Assembly: GCA_004431415.1 (NCBI GenBank) | Contig: QPMI01000188.1 | Span: 1 to 64,000, forward strand | DNA from: Cyanophora paradoxa CCMP329 | Lineage: Eukaryota > Plantae > Glaucophyta | Reading direction: 5' to 3' | Length of the DNA stretch: 64,000 nt | Shown here: positions 47,052 through 58,992 of the stretch, in pieces | Numbering within the stretch: position 1 is the first letter of the stretch | Layout of the letters: every line of letters starts with the position of its first letter | Program-made: the position numbers and the translations under genes | Notes under the pieces: generated by a model | The model's input: the letters and a program-made list of their open reading frames with translations, nothing else | The model's database searches: none | Told to the model about the DNA's origin: nothing

Positions 47052-50000
47052 TCAGCGGTGGCGGAGGCGCTCGGTCCAGTGGCGCTGGCGCGGGAGGGAG
47101 CATGCGAGCTGCACGAGGCGGTCCCAGAGCCAGGCCCCGCCCACGTCCGCCAGCAGGAAGAGGCACACCATGTTTCGGAACTGCGGGGCCGGGGCCGGGG
47201 CGAGGGCGAGGAGGGTCAGGCGGCGGAGCGGGCGGGGCGGGGCGGGGCGAGCTCGGGCTGGGGCGCACGTGGGTGGAGGGGAAGGGGACGAGCTCGAGCC
47301 AGGCGTTAAAGGGCCCGAACCACGACGAAGCGCACGCCACCTGCGCGCGCGCGAGCGAGCCGCCGCGTCACATCGATGTGATATGATGCGATGCGATGCG
47401 ATGTGATGTGATGTGATGTGATGTGATGTCACATCACATCACATCACGTGCGGGTTGGGGCGGGGCGGGGCGGGGCGGACGGTGACGGCGGCGGCGACGA
47501 AGAGGGAGTTGCGGAGGGGCTTGTTCTCCGCCAGGCTCTGCATGAAGGGCCGCCCCTTGTAGTTCACCGCGAACGTCGACACCTGCGCGCGCGCCATGAT
47601 CATGGAGGGTCTCGCAGGGGGAAAACATTGGAGCGGGCGGGGCGGGGCGAAGTGGGGCGGAGTGGGGTATGCGGGGCGGGGCGGGGCGGGGCGGGGTCCT
47701 CGCAGGGAGAAAACATTGGAGCGGGCGGGGCGGGGTTCTTGCAGGAGGGCCCGGGCCCCGGGTCCCTTGCGCGGAGGCGGGGCGGGGCGGGGCGGGGCGG
47801 GGCGGGGCGGGCTTAGCCGGGCCGCTTAGCCTCTTAGCCTCCAAAATATTGGGGCGGGCGGGGCGGGGCGGGGCGTCGCGGGGCGGGCCTGCATGGCGGA
47901 GGAGACGAGGAAGACGATCGAGTTGACGAGGTTCGGCGCGAAGTCCGAGTCCGGGTCCGGCCGCTTCGCCGCCTCCCTGCGCGGCCCAGCGCGGCTCGAA
48001 CGAGAGAGGGGGGGCGCGGGGGAGGGGGGGGATGAAGGGGGGGGAGGGGTGCAAGAAGGGGGGGGGGTAGGGGGAGGAGGCGGGCGACGCGCTCAGACGT
48101 CTAAGACCTATCCTTGGACCTTCAGCTTTAAGCTTTAATCTTACTAGGCCTATCCTTATCCTTGGGTATATCCTTCTTAGAGCACTGACTTCAAGGGGAG
48201 GGGGGCAGGCGGGGCGGGCGCACTCCGGGGCGACGCGCTTGGCGTACTCGACGGAGCCGATGAGGCACGCCATGTGGATCACGAACTGCCCGCCGGCGCC
48301 GCCGGTGAGGCCGCGGCCGCGACTGGGCGGGGAAGGAAGGAGGCATCCCGAGGCGGCTCCTCCCTCACAGCTAAGCAGCCTCTCCCGCCGACGAGGCACG
48401 AGGAGCGGGGCGCGGGGCGCGGGGCAGGGTGGGCGGGCGGGGTGGGCGGGCGTGCCTGGCCGGCGACCGAGATGACGATGGCAGGGCAGAAGAGGCGCGT
48501 CGGCGGCCGCTCCTTCGAGAGCGTCTCCACGGGCTGCCGTCCAAACTCAGCCGAGCGCCGGCACAGGCGGGCGGGTCGAGTGGGCGGAGAGGGAGGGAGG
48601 GCGAGAGGCGGGGGCGGGCGAGAGGCGGGGGCGGGCGAGAGGCGGGGGCGGGCTAAGCCAAACCTAAGCCACCTTAGACTATCTATCTATCTATCTATCT
48701 ATGTATCTCTGGGCACGGGGGGGGGGGGGGGGGAGGGCGGGCGGATGCGCCTTGGCCCAGGAGATGAAGAGGAACCTTAGTCTATCTATCCATCCATCTA
48801 ACTATTTATATCTCTGGGCCGGGGAGCGTGCCTTGCCCCACGCCACCTTAGACTATGCATCTATCCATCTTTCTCTAGGCGGGCGGGCGGGGGCCGGGGG
48901 GCGGGCCTTGGCCCAGGAGATGAAGAGGAAGAACATGGCGATGAGCATGCCCGAGAAGGTCGCCTGCCTGCGCGGCGGGGGGGGGGGGAAGGAGGCTCAG
49001 ATGAGCGCCGGGGGGGGGGGGGAGCGCTAGAGGCAGGCGGCGGCCGCGGTGGCGGCCCGCGCGCGCTGTCTAGTCCCCTCCGGCCGTCCCGGAGGGCGCG
49101 CGGCGGGCCGGGGCCGGGGCCGGGGCCGGGGCCGGGGCCGGGACGGGGGGCGCGGGCCGCGCGCGCGCACTTGTCGCCGAGCTTGATGCCGTCGAGGTAG
49201 AGGACGGAGAGGGCGTACGCCGAGATGAGGCAGTTCAGCGCCAGGATCGTGAACATCTGCGGTTCAGGGCAAGGGGCGAGATTCAAGGCGAGAAGGGCAG
49301 TGCAGAGCACTAGTGGAGTGGAGTGGAGAGGGAGGCGGGCGGGCGGTGTTCCCTCTAGCCTGTGGCCTCTAGCCGGCGTCGCCGCAGGTTCAATCTATCG
49401 ATCGATCTCGAGGATCTGGGCGTGGGGCGGGCCGGGGCGGGGCGGGGGTAACCTGGTAGGTCGTGACGAGGGTGCAGCGGCCCTGCCGGATGATGTGGCA
49501 CGCTGCGGGGGTACATAGTAAAGGGCGAGGGGGCGGGGCGGAGGGGGGCGGGGCGGGGAGGGGCGGGCGGGGCGGACTGGAGATGACGGAGCCGAGCTTG
49601 GAGGTGAAGGGCGAGGCGATCGAGGCGTCCCCGAAGCGCACGACCGGCGGGCCCTCCCCGCCCTCCTAAGAAGAGGGAGAGGGCGGGTCAGGTTCGATAG
49701 AGGGGGGGAGGGGGGGAGGGGGAGGGGGGTACCGCCTCCATCTGGGCCATCGCCTCGCGCATGGCGGCGTGCGGGTCCGGCAGCGGCTCGCCGGGGCGCC
49801 ACTTGCCGGCCTTGATGAGCCGCAGCTTGTGGTCGTACAGCGCCCGCGCCTGCGCCACCTTGACGTTGTACCCCAGCCGTTCCATGAAGCCCATCTGCTC
49901 CACCGGCTTCGGCGGCGGCGGCGGCGTGAAGGGGCCCAGCTGCGCCTGCGAGGGAGGGGCGGGCGGGCGGGTTCGAAGGGGAAGAAGTGGGGGAAGGGGT

Positions 50001-53000
50001 TGGGTGGTGGGCGGGGCCGGGGGCGCCTCGGGGTGGCTGCGATGGGGGCCCGCTCGGCGGACGCGTCGGCGTCGTCGTTTGCGGCGGGGCCCGCGCCGGC
50101 GCGGCCGCCCTTGCGCTGCTTGCGGCCCCGCGGCGTCAGGCGGCGCGGGGCGGGGCGGGGCGGGGCTGCCTGCCCGCGTGAGGCTCCCCGACGCCTCCTT
50201 GTCCTTGTTGCCCTGAGGGCCCCGCGCGCGTCAGGCCCTGCAGAGCCCGCACGGGGAAGCAGGGCGGACCGCGGGGGCGGCGGGGGCGAGGGCGGCGGGA
50301 GCCGCCGCGAGCTTCTTGGCGGCGGCGGAGGCCGACGAGTCCGAGTTGGCGTACGAGTGGCCGATCAGGGCGACGCCTGGCGGACGAGAGACGTCAGGAC
50401 GAGCCGAAGAAGAAGGAGAAGCAGAAGATCCGCCGCGAAGACGGGCGGGGGGCGGTGCGGACCGACGTGAGCGTGCTTGAGGGCGCCGACGTCGTTCGTG
50501 CCGTCCCCGCACATCAGCGTGAAGCCGCCCAGCGACTTCATCGTCGTCACCACCTGCGCCCCGGGGCCACGGCCCTCCTCCTCAGCCCCGCTGGAGTCTT
50601 CTAGGCAAGTGTTTCTCGGCTCCCTCCTCTTCAGCCGCGCTGGAGCCTTTCTAAGTGTTTCGCGGTGTTCTGTGGGACGCACGAGCTCCTTCTGGTCGGG
50701 GGAGACGCGGGCGAAGACCGAGACGAAGGGGATGTAGCTCTCCGCCGGCACCGCCCCCTGCGCCCCGCCGCAGCCGCCGCGCTTAGTTAGCAGCAGGGAA
50801 GAAGAGGCCGGGGCGGGCGCATGGCAGCAGGAAAGAGGGAGTCGGGGCGGGAGATAAGGGTTTAGGACCTAGGGGGAGTGGCGGTCACTGAGGACGCGTC
50901 ACGCGAGGTTCCTATCCTTACACCTTCTCGAGGCGCGAAGCGCGGGGCCGGGCAGGGGCCGGGGCGGGGAGGGGCGGGGCAGGGCGGGCGCGCGGCCTCG
51001 CCCTAGGAGGCGGGCGCACCGCGGGGTCGGCGGCGAGGAGGCGCATGGCCTCGCCCGAGGCGCACAGGTCGAACTCGGAGTGCAGCTCCCACGCCCGCTG
51101 CTCGGCCCCCAAGCTCGTCAGCGACGCCGGCAGGCAGGCCGGCTTCTAGGGTTGGGCCGGCAGGCTTCTTAGGGACGAAGCAAAGCTCGCCCCCCGCTGG
51201 CCCGTCAGCGTCTAGGGACGAAGGGAGGCCAGGCCTCTAGCGCGGGGCTCTAGGGAAGGAAGGCGGGGGGCGGGCGCGCGCGCGTGCCTTGGACTCGGCG
51301 GGGACGCGGACGGCCTCGTCGACGCTCACCCACTCCGCTGCCCCCCGCCCGGCCGGCCGCGTCAGCAGATCTAGCTAGAGAGAAGGCGGCGAGGGCTCGC
51401 GGGGCGGGCCGGCGGGGCGGCGCACCGCGCGGGGGGCTGGCGCCCGAGACGGGGCTCAGGATGAGGACGGGGCGGGACGTGATGCCGAGCTCCGAGGCCA
51501 CCTGCAGAGGCCGCTCGGGTCAGTGCGACGAGGGAGGAGCAAACGGGGCCGGGGCGGGGAAGGGCCTAGGCTGTTCCTCCCTCGTAGCTATGCAACCTCT
51601 TCCCCACCCGATTGGGCGGGGGGGCGGGCGGCCGGGCGGGCGGGCCTGGCAGGCGGTGAGGGCGTGGTCGCCCGTAATCATCACCACCTGCCCGCGGGAC
51701 GCGCGGGGTCAGGCAGAGAAGGCGGGGGCGGAGGCGGGAGCGGAGGCGGGGCCGGCGGGGCGGACGCGGTGGGAGGACTCGCGGAGCTGGCGGATCGCCT
51801 CCCCAGAGTCCGCCTGCGGGGGCTAAACGTTAAGGAAAGGAGAAAGGAAAGGGCGGGAATGGAGGAAAGAATGGAAGGGCGGGGCGGGGGCGGGCCTTGA
51901 GGGGGCAGTGGAAGACGACGAAGCCGGCGAAGGTGAGGCCGGACTCCACCTCGCCCCGAGACATCGCGCGGGCCTGTGGCGGGCGACGCGGGGCGGGGGA
52001 GGGGCGGGGGCGGGGCGGGGGCGGTGCGGGGCGGGGATGGTCAGATGGTTAGAGGGAGGGAGGGCTGTGGGATTAAGGCCGGCGGGGCGGGGCGGGCCTC
52101 CGAGGCGGGCATGGCGGGGACGGTCTTGTACGCGAGGGCGATGACGCGGTACCCCAGGCGCGAGAAGTGCTTGTGCGTCTCGTCGTACCCCTTCGGCACG
52201 CTCGCGAGAAGGCTCCCGATCGTCTCGGGGGCGCCCTTGGCCAGGGCCCAGAGGCACTCGCGCGGGCCGTCCTTGGGCGCGTACCCCTCCACCGAGGCGA
52301 GGCAGGCCATCCGCTTGAGCGCCGAGCTGAAGTGGTACCGCTGGATGATCCGCACCTGCAAACGCAGAAGCGTTACAGCAGCCGCGTCAGCTGCATCTGT
52401 GCCCCTTCGTCCGAGTACGTGCGCGAGGCGGGCGGGGGCGCGCCTGGGTGGGGTAGGACCCCGGGCGGTGCGGGCCGCCTTTCTTCGGGACGGCCACCTC
52501 GCTCTGCTCGGGCGGCGCGGCCGTAAGAAGCAAGCAAACGAAGGAAGGCGCGGGATCAAATCTCGCCTTAGTGTAGGACCAGCGGACGGCGGCGAACGCG
52601 GCCTTCTCGACGGGGTCGCCCACGAGGCCCGAGTCCAGGTGCACCAGCGAGTGGCAGCCTGGCACGGGTCGGGTCGGGTCGGAAGGAAAGTGTGGGGGAG
52701 GGGGGGCGGGGGGGGGGGTACCGGCGACGACGACGTGGGTCTCGGGGGGGCACGCGAGGGGGTCCTCCAGATCGGTTCCGTGCCCGAGGCCCGCGAAGCC
52801 CTGCAGAGGGCTAAGAGGAGAGGGGCGGAGAGGGGCGGGGGAGGGGAAGGGGGGCGGGGGACGCGCCTTCACGATGAGCTCGTCCTGCGTCAGGGTCCCC
52901 GTCTTGTCGAAGCAGCACGTGTCCACCTGTCCGCCCGCGCGCGCGCGCCGCTGTGTAAGAGAGAGGCGGGCGGGCCGGTGGCGCGGGGGGCGGCGCGCCT

Positions 53001-55968
53001 TGCCGGCGAAGGGAATACGGAACGGCTCCGTGCAGAAGACGCCTAACGGGCAGAAGAAGAAGGGGGCGTCAGTTGGAAGCCGAGCGGAGGCCGGGGCGGA
53101 GGGGCGGGGCGGGGCGCGCTCAGCCGGGCCAGAGCGATGAGCGAGTTGTTCACTGCCAGGGAGAGCTCCATGGGGAGCTCGGGGGGTACAACCTGCCGGC
53201 CGGGGAGACGTGAGCGTGAGAAGATGGGCGAAGGGGGGGAGGGGAGGAACAAGAGGGGAGAAAGACGGGGGTACCGAGGTGATGATCATGGTGCAGTTGA
53301 GGACGAGCTTGTAGCGCGAGCGGTTGACGTCCTTGAGGCCTGTGCGAAAGGCTTGAGCGAGGGGCTGGGAGGGGGCTGGGAGCGGGGGGCTGGGAGGGGG
53401 CTGGGAGGGGTCTGGGAGGGGGTAGGGGTAGGGGCGCACCCTCCTGCAGGACGTACCAGGCGGCGGCGACTGGCGGGGGGGAAGCGGCGCGTGAGGGGCT
53501 CGACTCGAGACGGCCAAAGCGCGGGGCGCGAGACAGGTAAAGCAAAGTCGAGCACCGGCGAAGCAGAGGAGGATGAAAATGAACGCCAGCGCCTCGAAGC
53601 TGTTCGCCGTGATCTGCGGGCGGCGGGGCGGGGGATGAGAAGGGGGGGGGGGGGGGGGGGAATAAGAAAGGGGGAGGGGGGCGCACGGGCTCCGTGGAGC
53701 AGAGGATGGTGCGCATGAGCTGCGGGGGCGTCAGCGAGGGCGCGGAGGCGCGAGCGGGCCGAGCGAGCGAGCGGCGCCCGGCGGGGCGGGGCGGGGCGGG
53801 GCGGGGCGGGGCGAGCTGGGGGCGAGCTCGGGGCGGGCCTTGGAGGCGGACGCGCCGTCGGCGGCTGAAGCTTAAGCTTCTTAAGCCGAGGGGCGGGGGC
53901 TTCTTAAGCTTCTTAAAGCTTCTTAAGGCGGGGCGGGCCGCGGTCGGGCGAACCTTGCCCTGGCTCGTGTTGAAGCCCGTGCGGAGGACGAAGCCCACGC
54001 AGCCGCCGTCCGGCGCTGCGGCGGGGCTCGGCGGGTGCCGAAGCACTGGGAGGGGGGGGGGAAGAGAGAGGGGGGTACCCTTCGGGATGGCGGCGTAGGA
54101 GGCGGCGGCGGCCTCGGCGAGCGGGCCGTCGCCCTGCTCGGGCGTGAGAACGGAGCGGAGCGAGGCGGGAGGGGTGCCGGGCGCGCCTTCTCGCCGGAGT
54201 GCTGGATGATGCGGGTGCCGCCCCACAGGACGTGCACCTTGTCGCGCTTCATGTCGAAGGGCTCGGACCCGTCCCGCCGCCCGATCGACTCCTGCGGACC
54301 CAGCGATCGCTCACTACTCTCGCCGGGGGAGGGCGGGGCGGGGCGGGGCGAGGGTGGGGCGGGGCGGGGGCGGGGGCAGGGGCGGGGGCGGGGCGGGCCT
54401 TCCACTGGGGCACGCTCTCGCCGGTGAGGAGCGCCTCGTCGGCGACCGCCGTCCCGTGCAGCACGAGCACGTCGCAGGGGCACGTCTGCGCCCCCGTGAG
54501 CGAGTCAGTGAGCGGCCGGGGGGGCGGGGTGGGGCGGGGCGGGGCGGACGTTGCCCGGGGCGGATCGGACGATAGAGATAAGGTCTCCGGGGAGGAGCTC
54601 GTCGCTCTTAACCTGAACGACAGCGCGGCGCTGTACGTGAGGCGCCGACGCCGGCGGCGACAGCGGTCTCGCAGGGTCGCAGGGCCGCCGCGCCGGCCGC
54701 ACCTTGTTCCACTTGCCGCCACGGTAGACCTGGGCCGGACGGGTCAGAGGGTGGGCGCAGGGGCAGGAAGGAGGAGCGGCAGGGTAGGGGACGAACGTTG
54801 ACGGGGTACGGGGGCGAGCACATGGAGCGGAGGTCCTGCATGTTCCGCAGGCGCTGCGGGCGGGCGGGGCGCGCGCGGGCGGGCGGGCGGCGTGAGTGAC
54901 GCGGCGCGGCCTCGCGTTACTCGAATCGACGCGCGCACCGACTTGACGACCGTCGACTCGAAGAAGAACAGCATAAGGAGCGTGAAGAGCGAGTAGTACC
55001 TGGGCACGGGGTTACGGGGGCGGGAGAGGGAGCGCGGCCGAGAGGCGGAGGGGAGCGCGCACCAGTACTCGTCCAGGAACCACAGCGAGACGCAGAAGAT
55101 CTATGGCGCGCGGCGTGAGTGGCGGGCGCGGGCGGGCGGCGGGCCGCCGGCGCGCGCGGAGCGGGGCGGGGCGCGCCTGGAAGACGAAGAAAGGCGCAAC
55201 GGCGTGTTCCTTGAACATCTCCCAGAAGGTCGGCAGCGGAATGATGAAGCTGCGGCGCGCCCGGGCAGCTCAGCTGCAGGGCCCGCGGCGGGCGGGCGGG
55301 CGGCGGCGCGCGGACCGGTTGGGGCCGTAGTTGGCGATGGCGCGCTCGAACGCCTGCGGCGAGTCGAAGCCGCGGTGCCGCTGGTAGTCCTCCAGCAGGC
55401 CCGAGACGGGGAACCGCAGCTTCTCAAAGCGCCCCACTTGCTCATTGAAGTCGTACCGCCGCTTCTGGTGCACGAAGTGCAGCAGCGGCGGGCGGTCAAT
55501 CTGCGTCATCGCTCACGCATGAGAGCGCTGGCGGCAACCGGGCATCGTGGCTGGGCGCGCCTGCGGGAGCAATTGAAGAGGGACGATCGCCTTGGGGCCG
55601 TGGTGCGGCGTGGGGACGATCTTCACGAACTGAGCGTCTCGCACATCGCTCACCTAAGCGCGGGTCAGCCGCCCGCGTCGCCTCTCGCGCGGGAAAGACT
55701 GGCGGACCCGTCGCGACGAGATGAAGCACTTGGCGTCGACGCTCCAGTGCGTGAAGAGGTGGACAAGGCCATTGACGAACAGGATGGCCAGCAGCGCGAT
55801 GAGGCACGCGAGATGGTGCTCCGGGAGCGACTTGTATGCCGCGAGGTTCGCGGCGTGCAGGAGGACGAACGGCCAAACATCGAGTCGCTGCCACTTCGGT
55901 ATGGAGCGGTGCAGCGACGCCGAGGCGATGGCCTTCGACTGCACGAGGGCAGCCGATGGCGCGCTCAT
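47052..55968 (-). CDS. ATP13A1: P5A-type ATPase (ATP13A1/Spf1/PDR2 ortholog)
   Basis: [120 protein letters not shown]. More than 30 short introns. Confidence 0.97.
47375..47448. repeat. Intronic (GATGY)n microsatellite followed directly by its inverse (ACATC)n
   Basis: gatgcgatgcgatgtgatgtgatgt...gatgtc|acatcacatcacatcac. Confidence 0.9.
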
Positions 55969-56084
55969 CGCTGCGGAAACCCCCTCTGGCGGGAGCCGAA
56001 CCGGCGTGACTCCCACTACGTTCGCGCGCTCTCTTGCAAACCGTGAACATTTGGTATCCTGCAGCTGGGCTAGCTATAGCGCTG

Positions 56085-58904
56085 CTATGGGGCCGGGCCG
56101 GGCCTGCCGGGGCCGCGGAAGGCCTGGAGCTCGGCCTCGAGGCGCTGGCGGGCGGCCTCGCTCTCCTCGAGGCGCGCCCGCAGCCGCGCCACCGTCCCCC
56201 GCACGCGCTCGCCCACGGCCTCCAGCGCCGCCTCCTGCGCCCGCGGCCCCGTCAGAGCCGGAATCAGTGCTTGCCGCGGGACGAGGCGGCGCGGGCGGGG
56301 CGGGGCTGGCCTTGTCGGCGGCGATGGCCTCGCATCGCAGCTGCGCCTCCCGCAGCTCGGCCGCCAGCCGCGCCGTCTGGGACTCCAGCACTGGCCCGGG
56401 CGGCCCCGCCCGCGTCAGAGCTGGGGGAGCGCGAGGCGGACTGGCGGGTGGTACCCAGCGCCGACTGCCGCTGCGCGCTCGCCTCGCCCCGCGCCGCCTC
56501 CGCCTCCGTGAGCCGCCGCGCGAGGCCCGCCGCCCGCTCCTCCGCCTGCTCGAGCTCCCCGTCGTCAGGCATGGCCGGCAGCGCGGCCGGTCGGGACAGA
56601 GCGGCGGGGCGGGGGCGGGGGCGGGCCTCTGCGGCGCGGGCCTCGGCGGCCTCTGCGCGGCGCTCGGCGGCGCGGCGCTCGGCCTCCGACCGCTCCAGGC
56701 GGCCCTCGAGCGACCGTATTCGCGCCTCCGTCTGCGCCCCAGGCCTCACGGCCTCGGACAGGGCCCTCCGCCCCTCGGCGCCCGCCCCGCGCACCTCGGC
56801 CTGGGTCGCCGCCGCCGCCCGCTGCGCCTCGGCCGCCGCCCGCGCCGACTCCTCCCTCGCCACGTCCGCCGCCGACCCGTGCTCCTGCCGCACAGAGAGC
56901 CCTTTTCAGAGGCCGGGACAGCTTAAGGGCCCCGGCGGGATTCGAACCCGTGCAGCGCGGGCGACGGCCTCCTGCAGCCGGCGCTCGTTCTCCCGCCGGA
57001 ACGCCGTCTCCGCCTCCCGCTGCGCGGCCCGTCACGGAGGCGCCGGCCGTCGGATCGGGGGCTCTAGATCCGGCGCGGGCGGGCGTTGCGCGGACCACGC
57101 GGGTCGCCACCTCCTCCTCGACGGCCGCCAGCGCCTCCGCCCGCGTCCGCTCCAGCTGCAGGGCCCCATGCGCGCCTCAGAGACGGACGGGGGCAAGGCC
57201 CGTCCAAGGCTCGCTCGCTTTCGCCCCCGCCGGATCGCACCTCGGCCTCGTGGGCGAGGCCGGCCGCCTCCAGCTCCGCCGCGTGCGCCGCCCGCTGCCG
57301 CTCCGCCGCCGCCGCCGCCGCCTCCCGCTCCCGCCTGCACCGCCCATCAGCGGAAAGGAGTCCTCGAGGGGGTCCGGGCGCCCGGCCCAGCCGCACAGTA
57401 TCTCGGCGTCGGCCTGCCTTAGGCGCTCCTCGTAGACGCGGGCCGCCCGCTCCGCCTCCTCCCGCTCCCGCCGCCTCCGCTCGCCCTCCCGCCGCGCCTC
57501 CTCCTGCCCCCGCCGCTCGGCCCCGCCCCGCCGCTCGGCCCCGGCCGCCCCAAGAAGCCTTCGGTCGCACCTGGATGGCGAGGTCGGCGCGCTCGCGCTC
57601 GGCGTTGAGGCGGGCGTCCAGGATCGCCTTCTGCAGCGCGATCTGCCGGCGGGGGGCGGGGTGGGGCGGGGGCGCTTGGAGGCCGGCGGCACCCGAAGGG
57701 GCGGGGGCGCGCGCAGGCCGGGGGCAGGGCAGGGCAGGGCAGGGCAGGGCCGACCTCCTCCTCCTGCGCTCGGATGACCGACTCGAGCGCCGCGACGCTC
57801 TGCTTCGCGCCGGGCGCCGCCGCCGCCGACGAGGAGCCGCCTGCCCGCGGGTCTGCCGGCCGGGCGCGTCACCGCCGGCCGGGCGGGTCGCGGGTCGCGG
57901 GGCGCGGGGCGCGCACGCTCGCGGGTGAGGTCCATTACGACGCGCTGCAGCGGCGCGTGCAGCGGCGTGACGGGGATGTGCGGGTTGAAGAGCTCCTGCG
58001 GCTCAGGCGCCGCCTCCGCCGCCCGCCCCGTCGGCGGCCTCTGCCACCCTGCCGCGCCGCGTCGGCGGCTGCTACGGGGCCGGCGCGGCAGCCCTCGCAC
58101 CGGCGGAGGCGGGCCGCCGCAGCTGGCCGGCGGACGCCGAGCGGCGCGGGGTCGGTTGGAGCGCAGCCTCCCCGACAACGGTGCGCGGGATGGAGAGGAC
58201 CGTGCTCGCCACGCTCCCAATGCTCGCCGTCGGGTCCTGCCCGTGCTGCGCCTGCTGCTGGCCCCCGCGCGGCGTCCCCTGCCTCGACGCCGGCCGCCTG
58301 GCAGCGCGTGAGACAAAGGCAGGCGACCGCAAGCGCGCGGGGGGCGCGCACGACGAGGACCCCGAGGGCGCTCCGATGAGCGGCGAGTTGGTGCGGATCA
58401 CGGATGCGTCCCGCATCTCCTGCGCGAGCTTCCTCCTGTACTCTTGGTAGTTCACGCCCGCCCGTCCCGCCTTTTGCGCCAAGCCTGCAGAAAAGTAGGG
58501 GACGGGCACGCCATCGTCATAAAAGCGCTCCGCGAGCAGCACCGAGGCGATAGCTAGCGGCGCGGGGCCGGTAGCTAGCGCGCGGCGCGGGTGGGCAGGC
58601 AGTGCCAGAACTTACGCGCCTGCAATGGCGTCCTGCAGCTCCAAGTCCTGCGACGCCATGGAGCCCTCCAGAACAAGCGAGTGCCACGCAAGATGGCCGG
58701 CCTGCGAAACGCTCTCCTGCGGAGTCGACCGCGGGTTCCGCAGGTGCGGCGACCATCTGAGCTCACCGTGGCACGGGCGACCGTGTACCGAATGCTCTGC
58801 GCTTTCTCGAGGTGCGAGTGCGCGCCTCGGGCGCGCCGATCCGCGGGTCTCCGCAACCGGTAGTTCTGTGGGCCTACAGTAAGCAAGGTAGCCTCCACAT
58901 CCAT
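56085..58904 (-). CDS. Coiled-coil protein of unknown function (multi-exon)
   Basis: MDVEATLLTVGPQNYRL..LLAERFYDDGVPVPYFSAG..YQEYRRKLAQEM, then E/R/A-rich heptad exons (EARREGERRRREREEAERAARVYEERLRQA; ARLRARLEESEAARQRLEAELQ). Confidence 0.65.
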
Positions 58905-58992
58905 GTCTTCCCGGCCCAACAGACTCCCTCTGATCTCCGCCTCTGTGCGAAGCAGGCCAGACTCGAGCTCTCTTTCGGTCACGAGCGTGGAG

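Noticed and set aside
56085-58904. Possible CEP131-like identity of the coiled-coil protein
   Set aside because: Only generic heptad similarity, with no diagnostic motif.
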